Shown piece after piece: positions 54,675 to 64,000 of a stretch of DNA of 64,000 bases. This DNA comes from Eledone cirrhosa. Its lineage: Eukaryota. Under the pieces are notes generated by a model. It saw nothing but the letters and a program-made list of their open reading frames with translations. It made no database searches and was not told the origin of the DNA. The translations under genes were made by a program, and so were the position numbers. The DNA is taken from the NCBI GenBank assembly GCA_964016885.1, contig OZ024760.1, forward strand, positions 16,926,001-16,990,000, read 5' to 3'. The stretch's first letter is position 1. Every line of letters starts with the position of its first letter.

Positions 54675-55072
54675 GTATGTATATATATATGTATGTATGT
54701 ATATATATATGTATGTATATATATATATTATGTATATATATATATGTATGTATGTATGTATATATATATTATGTATATATGTATGTATGTATATATATAT
54801 TATGTATATATATATGTATGTATGTATGTATGTATATATATGTATGTATGTATATATATGTATGTATGTATATATATATGTATGTATGTATGTATATATA
54901 TATATATGTATATATATATATGTATGTATATATATATATATATATATGTATGTATATATATATATATATATATGTATGTATATATATATATATATGTATG
55001 TATGTATATATATATATATATGTATGTATGTATGTATATATATATATATATGTATGTATGTATATATGTATG

Positions 55073-55103
<31 letters not shown>

Positions 55104-55130
55104 GTATATATATATATATATGTATGTATG

Positions 55131-55165
<35 letters not shown>

Positions 55166-55177
55166 ATATATATATGC

Positions 55178-55209
<32 letters not shown>

Positions 55210-55221
55210 ATATATATATGC

Positions 55222-55253
<32 letters not shown>

Positions 55254-55348
55254 ATATATATATGCATATATATATATATATATGTATGTATATATATATA
55301 TGCATATATATATATATATATGTATATATGCATATATATATATGTATG

Positions 55349-55384
<36 letters not shown>

Positions 55385-55388
55385 TAGG
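52950..55388. repeat. Giant compound (TATG)n/(TA)n microsatellite, about 2.4 kb
   Basis: Direct reading. Similar tracts at 9680-10320, 13065-13720, 41205-42212, 48720-49425 and 60460-61037. Confidence 0.98.
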
Positions 55389-55547
55389 TATACAAGGATG
55401 CAATTCAACTCTAGCACTCAACGTCCTATTTACTTCCTAAAACAACGATGGTGGAGTATATATATATAAAGAAAATGCGAAATTGAAGATGTTAGGGTCC
55501 TTTATTAATTAATAGCACTGTTTCATTCGGGAGAAATCATCAGGAAG

Positions 55548-55598
55548 GGCTTCCTGATGATTTCTCCCGAATGAAACAGTTCTAGTCCTGTCGAAGTC
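55548..55598 (+). ncRNA. Family-A type I hammerhead ribozyme, core intact
   Basis: ggcttc-CTGATGA-tttctcccgaat-GAAA-cag-ttctagtc-ctg-TC-gaagtc: 6-bp stem I, GUC cleavage triplet. Preceded by an inverted partial copy at 55517-55547. Confidence 0.85.
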
Positions 55599-55682
<84 letters not shown>

Positions 55683-57416
55683 CCAATCCTGGATACCAGA
55701 AATGGAATATGTCACGTAAACAACGCTATTACCGTCATTATTGCCACCACTTCTCCCCTACTACTTAAATATCAAATGTGAAATACCAATCCCTAATTTC
55801 ATTGGAGAACTTCAATCTAGAAACAAGTATAGTCGGTTGTCTATTGATTTATATAAGTATCATCCATTAATTATATGTTGTCTCGACATTGTTGTCACTA
55901 TGGCGTGCGAGATATTCATAGAGAGTTATGTATAGCGGCGCCATCTTTTTTCCTTTCGTAGCTGGTCGTCTGCTTTCACTAGAATATAAAAAATCTAGTA
56001 ATTATTTATAGGGAAGCTATAAAATATTCTAGTGAACTATTTGAAACTCATCAGCTATAGTAAGTGTAATTTGTAGTGTTACCTCGCTACATATAATCTT
56101 TAGGCGTTGACATATTACAGATTTTCCGATCGTATATTAATGAAAATACTAGTGTACCCGTGCCGTCAATAGTGGCGGCGGAAATATCGTTGAACGTATG
56201 TGGGTTTTTTGTCGAAGCTGTGGGCGGGGGCGGGGGGATTTGTTCCACGATTAACCTAATATATTCCTTCCGATTGTGTTATTTCTGTTTACTTTTTACA
56301 CACCCACACCACACCACACACACACACTCACACTCACACACTCACACACTCTCGCTCTCTCTCATAAGAACAGATTAAAATTTAAGCAAAGAATCGCTGC
56401 TTTCACCCTTAACGGGATCATTTGAAAAAAGTTAGTTTCAGAAGAACCCGTTAAGGGTGAAAGCAGCGAGTCTTAAACTTTAATCTGTTATTTTAATAAA
56501 TATTTGCTCTAGGGTTTTATGTACGTTGATATATATATATATATATATACATACACACACACCAGGATTACCGGATATATATATATATATATATATATTT
56601 AAAAAAATAGAGGTGTAAAACACGAGTTGTGATATATTAGTAAAAGGAAAAGAAAATACTGACAAATTTAGATTAGAGCAAACATCACGAGCGATCTATC
56701 TTAAAATTATTTTTGAAAAGCATTAGAAATGCGCAACCGGTAAAAACTAAAACCAATACTTATTACTAATTTATACTTATTCCTAATTAAACTATTTTTC
56801 ACTGAGAAAAATTTGTCAGCATTTTCTTTTCCTTTTACTAATATATATAGATATATATATATAGAGAGAGAGAGAGAAAGAGAGAGAGGGGGGGGGGAGA
56901 GAGAATGCAGTAACTGGGGCAATGTACATTATTTTATTCAAAACAAGATAGAACAGCAATTTAAAACAATGTCATTCATGAGTGGAGATTCGTGTGAATA
57001 TTGCAGTTTAGGATTCATTGGTAGTAAATGTGTATTGGAAATAAAGACGTCACAAAACAGCGTGGGAGGGGGGGGGGGGGGGTTAGACTTTCAGAATTAA
57101 ATAGAAATAGTATGAGAGGAAAGGGAGAAAAACTGAGGCTGCAAAGATAGGAGCAATTTTGGGAGGGGGGAGAAGGTGATAGGGAGAGAGGCAGGGAGAA
57201 ATGAAGGATTGTGATAGAAAGGGGGAGAGAAAAGAGGAAAATATGAGGAATTGTGAGAGAAAGGGAGAAGAGAGAAAAATAGGAAGGATAATAAGAGGAA
57301 GAAGGGGGAGGGGGAGAGGGGGGCGATAAGGATGAGGAACAGGAGGAGGAGGTGGATTATGATTGCAGAAAACGAAAGGAAATTCCATATATATATACAC
57401 ACACACATATGTGTAT

Positions 57417-57482
<66 letters not shown>

Positions 57483-57536
57483 CACACACACACACACTAC
57501 ACACACATATATGTATATATACATATATATATATAT

Positions 57537-57580
<44 letters not shown>

Positions 57581-57581
57581 G

Positions 57582-57612
<31 letters not shown>

Positions 57613-57639
57613 GTATATATATATATATATACACACACA

Positions 57640-57677
<38 letters not shown>

Positions 57678-59040
57678 CATATATACACACACACACATAT
57701 ATATGTATATATCTATATATGTGTATACACACACATATGTGTATGTATATACACACAGACACACACACACACAATAAAATAGAAATGAAGGAATAAGACA
57801 GCGAAAAAACGGAAAATGAAAAGAAAAAACGAATGAAAGATTCTAAAGGAAATTATATAAGAAACTATAAGAGAGTAGAATAAGATCAAAAAGTAAAATG
57901 GTGGGAAAAAATAGGTTCTTGCAGAGAACATTTTCTACAAAAAAGTAGAGTTAAGAATATATGGAATGGTAAGAAACTAGGTTTAATTATAATTCTCACC
58001 ATCTTGTATGTTACTGACAATAAAATACAGAACAGCAAGGCTATAAGATTACAAGAATATATGAATATAGGATTATATGAATATGTATCGTTGGGCTATG
58101 TAGGTATGTGTGTGTATGTCGGGGATGTTGTATGATTGTATGTGTGTGTAGATGTGGGAGAGTTGTGTGTGTGTGGACCTATGTATGTTTGAATGTCACC
58201 ATACACGTACGTACGTATGTATGTATGTATGTATGTATATACGTATGTATATTATATATGTGATGTCACCACTTGGTGCTACTGGTAATATGTATCCCAG
58301 TACAACCTGTCTCATGGTCGGATCGTTGGCGACTAAACTGGCAACCCCACCAAGGTTTCTTGGTGAGGAGGGTGACTTTGGACATCCTGCAGGACTAAAA
58401 ACAAAACCTGTCAAAAGGTCAAAAGAGCTCTTAAGAGTCAATGGCCATCCAAAATCACCGGGAGAGATGACCCCTTAGCTTTTGTCAAGGCAGAATTCTA
58501 TGAGAAGGAAAACTCTGATATAACACCTGCAACCCTGATGGTATCCAATGATCTTGACTTGTTCTTCTTTTTGGTAAATATTATCTTGGTTAAGAGAATG
58601 GGACTGGCTTTGTGCAGTGCCTTTGCTCACTATAAAAGCTTCACGGCACAGGCATTGCTTTATATCTGGAGATCTCTCTGCACTTGTCGTTACATGGTAC
58701 CATGGGCCCAGCACTATGTGTCAATAATTGTCACAAGTGTAGTGTTTGTACCAGAGTTTGTACCAAGTCGTTGGCTGGACTAAAAAGTCACACTCGTTCA
58801 GCGCATCAGTAGGGGTTCTCCTACATGGATATAAAGTAGTGGCCGTACTCGAAAACGAGTTGGCAGCCACCATATTATATATATATATATATATATATAC
58901 ATACGTGTATTGTATGTATGTATATATATATAAAAATAATAAAAGGACGATTTTTTTATGTCTTCGTTACATTTATTGAGTATTGACTCGTGTTCCGCTA
59001 TTGATCAGTTCAAGGTTCGATCTGTATCGATCTAGCCCGT

Positions 59041-59076
<36 letters not shown>

Positions 59077-59211
59077 GGGCTGAAATGTCCATGATCTCCA
59101 GCAGACAACTGATAGGAATGTCCCCTGTTTATGCATTCCTATTATTTTTAAATACACTTTATAAAGTAACCACACAGCTCCCTGTTTCTTCAACAATATA
59201 TATATATGCAT

Positions 59212-59402
59212 TTAATATAGAAAGGCTTCTACAGGACTAGAACTGTTTCATTAGGGAGAAATCATCAGGGCTTCCTGATGATTTCTCCCGAATGAAACAG
59301 TTCTAGTCTTGTAGAAGATCTTTCTACATTAAATATTTATACTCTGCTATGTATTGAGTACCTTACTTATTGTGGTTACCCCCGATTGAACCCGGGATAA
59401 AC
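59212..59402. mobile_element. Family-A hammerhead cassette, palindromic (plus-strand HHR 59269-59317)
   Basis: ggcttc-CTGATGA-tttctcccgaat-GAAA-cagttctagtcttg-TA-gaag with an inverted copy at 59224-59268. Further partial or degenerate family-A copies at about 11150-11196, 14869-14900, 15121-15150 and 47421-47480. Confidence 0.8.
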
Positions 59403-59406
59403 ATAC

Positions 59407-59451
<45 letters not shown>

Positions 59452-59818
59452 ACAAAGGAATTGTGGTAAGGAACCAGATGGACCATAACGCACCAGGGTA
59501 CTCAATACTTAGGGTAGTAGAGTGGGAAATAGGGAAAAGTATGACTCCGACGGCAGAGCTCAAGCCGTTTCGACGGCTATTTCTGGACTGAAATAGCTGT
59601 CGAAACGGCTTGAGCTCTGCCGTCGGGGTCATACTTTTTCCTATATATATATATATATATATAATATATGTATACATACATGTGTGTATTTAGATGTGAC
59701 GTATGTATGTTTATATGAGTGTGAGTATGTGTCTGTTTGGACGTGTAAGCACACACGAATATATATATATATATATATATATATACTCTCACATAAATAT
59801 ATATATACTCTCACATAA

Positions 59819-59853
<35 letters not shown>

Positions 59854-59883
59854 TATACAACATCCATATATATATACTCTCAC

Positions 59884-59930
<47 letters not shown>

Positions 59931-59960
59931 TATACAACATCCATATATATATACTCTCAC

Positions 59961-60003
<43 letters not shown>

Positions 60004-60094
60004 ATCTAATCCGCCGTGACCTTTCTCCGAACTTTACACACCTCCTTTCGCTATATGTCTCTCCACCACTCCCCTACACACCTTTTGAACTCTC

Positions 60095-60126
60095 ACCTGA
60101 AGAAGGGCTTATGCCCGAAACGTCGT
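60095..60126 (+). ncRNA. Family-H minimal hammerhead (cassette 60001-60215 between (TA)n tracts)
   Basis: ac-CTGAAGA-a-gggc-ttat-gccc-GAAA-cg-TC-gt, with a palindromic ACGT stem III and GUC triplet. Stem I is only 2 bp. Confidence 0.7.
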
Positions 60127-60212
60127 CCCCCACCTACCCCCCACTCTCCTGAGCGTGAATTTAATAAACATTTATCGTACTGCCTCTCTGTTCTGTCCCT
60201 GTTCAATTTTTC

Positions 60213-60259
<47 letters not shown>

Positions 60260-60559
60260 ATATATATACACACACACACATATACCACATATATACACAT
60301 ATACGACATCCATATTGTAATCTATTGGAATTCTAAAACGCTATATTAATCTTAAATATAATTGTGAACATATTAATAATTTCTCTCTTCATCTTTAGTG
60401 GAAATTTCTGCCACCTTTTTAATATACTTTTCATTTAAATATGTCTACTTATTTTAACTTCACCTGTGTGTATGTGTGTGTATTTATAAATATGTACATG
60501 TGTATATATATATATGTATGTATACATATATATATATATATACATACGTATATACATAT

Positions 60560-60590
<31 letters not shown>

Positions 60591-60810
60591 CATACATACA
60601 TACATATATACATACATATATATATATACATATACATATATATACATATACGTATACATATACATATATATACATATATATACATATACGTATACATATA
60701 CATATATATACATATACGTATACATATACACATATGTATACATATATATATATGTATATATATATATGTATACATATATATATATGTATATATATATGTA
60801 TATATATGTA

Positions 60811-61004
<194 letters not shown>

Positions 61005-61306
61005 CATATATATACATATATATATATATATATACATAGCGGCGATGAATTAGTTTTGCGAGGTTTTTTATATGAAATCGTGTGTCGAAACAGATATTGT
61101 TATATTTGGGGAGGGTCATATTTGCGTAATATTGCCAGAATTAATAACAGAACACACTCACTGTTTGGTTGGTTTTCGCTTCTCGCTGTCTTTTATATAT
61201 ATATATCTGCGATCTAACTTACTCGGTCCTCAATGTTGCCATTGACTGACCGGCGGTCAAAAATAATACAGATACAATATAGACAAACACATATATATAT
61301 AGTTTA

Positions 61307-61344
61307 CATAAATCTTTCGTTGCACATCTGCAACATCGTCAGTG
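61307..61344 (-). ncRNA. Minimal type I hammerhead ribozyme in the PLE 3' UTR/pLTR
   Basis: Minus strand reads ca-CTGACGA-t-gttgca-gatg-tgcaac-GAAA-gatt-TA-tg: canonical core, 6-bp stem II, very short stems I and III, same strand as the ORF. Confidence 0.75.
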
Positions 61345-61622
61345 GTGTTATATTCATTGTTCCTCCTGTTGTGTTGTATGTCTACGCCATTTTTTTTTTT
61401 GTTCAGTCTGTCTATATATTTATTTATTTATTTGCTTGTTTGTTTATCTTATTTTATTTTGTCTTCTTTGCGCATGCGTTTGCGTGTGTGTATAGTGTTA
61501 TGTGTGATGTGTGATGTGTGACTAGTGTGTATAGTGTTGTCTGCTGGGTGACTAGTGTGTGTTTATGTGCTTGTGTATGTATTTATTTATCTTATTTTAT
61601 TTAATTTAATTTACTTATTTAT

Positions 61623-63983
61623 TTATACTTCTCTTAGGTCAGTGTTGTTTGTTTGGGTGTTGTTGTTGTTCCACTCATTCTTTCTGTTTAGCTTTGGTCT
61701 TCTAATTTCTATTTCACTGGCCTCTCTGATTTGCCTATCTGCTGGGTCATTCCTATGTTTAGATATTATTCTAATTTCTATGTTGTCTATGTTACCGTCA
61801 TGATGTTGTCTAGCATGTTCGTATAGTACTGACCCGTTTTTTCGTCCTTTTAGTTCCCCCCAGTGTTGGTCTATCCTTTCACCTATGCTACGAGCTGTCT
61901 CACCTATGTATGTTGTTGTCGTGTTTCTGCAAGTACCCTCTGTACATCTTATGCTATAGACTACGTTTCTAGTTTTACAGTTTATCCGGGGGTTCACCTT
62001 ACATATGATACATTTCCTATTGGTACAGTGGGTTTTCTTAAAAGGGTAGGTTTTGCTGATCAGGGATTTTATGGTGGTTCCTGGCTTTTCTACCACCTTT
62101 ATTTTTAAGTGGGTCTTTCTCAGGGCCTTTCTACACTGGTTAGCTAATTTCCCTCCAGGGGTGGCGTCCACAAACATGACACTCTGATATCTCTGGTTGT
62201 CGTACCATGATGTGGCCTTCCCTATCTTATGTCTAGCCCTATCTAAGCTATTCCATGATTTGCTCCTGTATAGTGGGCAAATTCCTTTCATGTCCAGTTC
62301 TATGAGGGTCTTATACTTTTCCATGGCTCCTTCGTATACTCTGACTCTGTCTCTTTGGTTGTAGCCAGAGAACTGCATGCGGTTGATGAAGTGTTGGATG
62401 TGTCCTTCCATTTCTGTTGGGTCGCACATGCTGGACACATTCTTCATCACTCGTACCAAATCTGCGATCAGAATATTAAACTTAGCACTACTGGACATTG
62501 CTGAGTTTTTGAGTATCAGGTATTTGGAGGCCATGGGTTTAGCATAGTGTGAGTGGAGAATTTGGGCTCTCTCGTCTATAGTGTTAATCCAGAGTTCTGT
62601 GTCTAATACAGGTAGTCTATTGTTAGGGTGTTTGGAAGGGAAGTCTATAGTTACAGTTATACTCTGGTGTATGGAATTAGCTATCTGCTGGATGCTTTCC
62701 ATCGTGCTACGTTCTAAATCAAACTTGTTAGTGCTCTCTAGTGGGGGTGTTCTTATAACTATATTGATATCGTCTACATAACGAGAGTACATGATGAGGT
62801 CTATGGAGCTTTCATTAAGGAGATCTTTAAGTCTCCTTTCCCACCATACCATGAAAAGGTTGGCAACATCGCCAGCTATGCTGACGCCGATGGCTGCTCC
62901 CTCATTTTGGGTGTAGATTTTCTCATTGAACTTAAATATGTGGCCCTTTAGGGTAGTTTTGATACTAGCCCCTATTGCATGTGCGACCATTTTTCTTACC
63001 TGATCAGTGTTTTGGGGGGTCCGTATAGCTTTGGTCCACCCAATCCACCTTCCTATGGGAGTCTTTTTAGCCATTGAGGTTATGGTGGGGGGTCTACCTC
63101 TTATAGGTCTACTAGGGCAGAAACATCTAAGGTCATGGCTGTCTAGGTAGTCGGTGTCGTAGGTAAGTCTAAGTAGGAGGCCCAGTTCGTCTGTGTCGAC
63201 GTCGCAGAACTCCACCTCACTCTCAATGATCATCTCCACACATCTTTTCACAGCAAAATCAATGTTAATGGATGGGTACAGTGACACCACATCCATGCTG
63301 CCTATTATGCAGTTGGATAGGCTCCTGTTTTTGTTGCACTCACTGATTCTGCTGAGGAGGTCCTCTGTACTTTCACATACATCTGGGGACATCTTGATTA
63401 TGGGGCGTATAACCATTGAGAGGAAGTAGGAGATCCTGTAGTTGCTAGCTATATTAGCTCCGCATACAGGTCTTGTTGGTGGTCCTATTGTCGGGTCGTC
63501 GACTGTCTTGTGGTCTTTGCGGAGCCCATACAAGGGTGGTATGCCATTGTTAGACGCCTGGAAGTTGTTGGCAGTGCGTCTGCTTGGCTTTAGGATGTCA
63601 GTCCACATCATCATGTGAGCGTTGAGGATTTTTTCTCTCCCATCGTGTGTTAGTTGTGCAACTTCGCTCGTGTTGGTGATGTGGGGTTGCATTGCCTCGA
63701 TGTAGTTCGGCATGCTATCTATTGACATCCTACCAGACTTATCTGTGGGTAGACACACTACCTCACCATCCCTTGTGCGCTGCTTGAGGCTAACCAAGCC
63801 TTCTACAGGTTTTATCCCAAGTTGTTGGGCCTCTGGTCTGCTCTGTCTCATAGTGTACCTGTCTACTACTTGTCTAATCTTATTTCTAGCTATGGTGAAC
63901 TGTGCCTCCGTCTCGTCATCTATTTGTTGTGGTATGCAAACTCTTTTATTAAAGGGTAACCTCGTAGGATAGATATTACCCAT
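61623..63983 (-). CDS. Penelope-like retroelement polyprotein: reverse transcriptase + C-terminal GIY-YIG endonuclease (N-terminus probably outside the window)
   Basis: 786-aa uninterrupted ORF. RT motifs: PTDKSGR (DKG-like), LYGLRKDHK, TRPVC, SMDVVSLYPSI (A), QNEGAAIG (B), RYVDD (C), LPVLD (E). Cys linker CTNRKCIIC, then NVVYSIRC...YIGETAR...H...EH..QHH...RQIREA...LN (GIY-YIG). The frame stays open upstream of the ATG (GAC AAA ACA TAT AAG) to the window edge. Confidence 0.95.
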   Translation of the reverse strand: MGNIYPTRLPFNKRVCIPQQIDDETEAQFTIARNKIRQVVDRYTMRQSRPEAQQLGIKPVEGLVSLKQRTRDGEVVCLPTDKSGRMSIDSMPNYIEAMQPHITNTSEVAQLTHDGREKILNAHMMMWTDILKPSRRTANNFQASNNGIPPLYGLRKDHKTVDDPTIGPPTRPVCGANIASNYRISYFLSMVIRPIIKMSPDVCESTEDLLSRISECNKNRSLSNCIIGSMDVVSLYPSINIDFAVKRCVEMIIESEVEFCDVDTDELGLLLRLTYDTDYLDSHDLRCFCPSRPIRGRPPTITSMAKKTPIGRWIGWTKAIRTPQNTDQVRKMVAHAIGASIKTTLKGHIFKFNEKIYTQNEGAAIGVSIAGDVANLFMVWWERRLKDLLNESSIDLIMYSRYVDDINIVIRTPPLESTNKFDLERSTMESIQQIANSIHQSITVTIDFPSKHPNNRLPVLDTELWINTIDERAQILHSHYAKPMASKYLILKNSAMSSSAKFNILIADLVRVMKNVSSMCDPTEMEGHIQHFINRMQFSGYNQRDRVRVYEGAMEKYKTLIELDMKGICPLYRSKSWNSLDRARHKIGKATSWYDNQRYQSVMFVDATPGGKLANQCRKALRKTHLKIKVVEKPGTTIKSLISKTYPFKKTHCTNRKCIICKVNPRINCKTRNVVYSIRCTEGTCRNTTTTYIGETARSIGERIDQHWGELKGRKNGSVLYEHARQHHDGNIDNIEIRIISKHRNDPADRQIREASEIEIRRPKLNRKNEWNNNNTQTNNTDLREV

Positions 63984-64000
63984 CTTATATGTTTTGTCAG

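Larger units (their letters stand above)
61038..64000 (-). mobile_element. Penelope-like element (autonomous-looking): ORF, 3' UTR/pseudo-LTR with hammerhead, and tail ending in a (TA)n-rich tract
   Basis: ORF above. The downstream 61091-61660 segment is repeated at 18891-19456. The element abuts the (TA/CA)n tract at 60460-61037. Confidence 0.9.

Noticed and set aside
52998-55469. 780-820-aa ORFs in all three frames (YIYMYVC-type), and similar ORFs throughout the window
   Set aside because: Translations of (TA)/(TATG)/(TG) microsatellites that lack stop codons by composition.
56040-56060. CTGATGA on the minus strand
   Set aside because: No stem II-GAAA-stem III follows; chance heptamer.
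58280-58870. Possible LINE 5' region or HDV-like ribozyme; shares gcacaggcattgctt with about 1055
   Set aside because: It looks repeat-derived, but no ORF or nested double pseudoknot could be established by eye.
61863-63972. Short plus-strand ORFs overlapping the PLE
   Set aside because: Antisense shadows of the RT/endonuclease ORF with no motifs.

Overview
AT-rich, microsatellite-saturated eukaryotic DNA, most likely an octopod cephalopod. This is an inference from the CORE- and Meta-type tRNA-SINEs, the RTE tails and the extreme (TA)n/(TG)n load. No host protein-coding exon can be confidently called, and nearly all ORFs in the track are translations of simple repeats. The one real long ORF is a Penelope-like retroelement (PLE) RT plus GIY-YIG endonuclease at 61623-64000 on the minus strand, open past the window edge. 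The main hidden signal is about 25-30 whole or partial minimal type I hammerhead ribozyme (HHR) motifs, identified by eye and falling into at least 8 sequence families. They sit in 100-600 bp cassettes inserted in (TA)n tracts, often as head-to-head palindromes whose symmetry axis lies in or just upstream of the ribozyme. One HHR lies in the 3' UTR/pLTR of the autonomous PLE. Some families carry a compensatory U3-A8 core or a CAGAAGA core. Several cassette tails appear to encode PLE ORF N-termini. Also present: an internally deleted Tigger/pogo element, small MITEs, RTE LINE 3' ends (one with an in-frame 123-bp amplification), tandem SINE arrays and several minisatellites. All coordinates and pairings were read manually and may be off by a few bases; no ribozyme activity has been tested.
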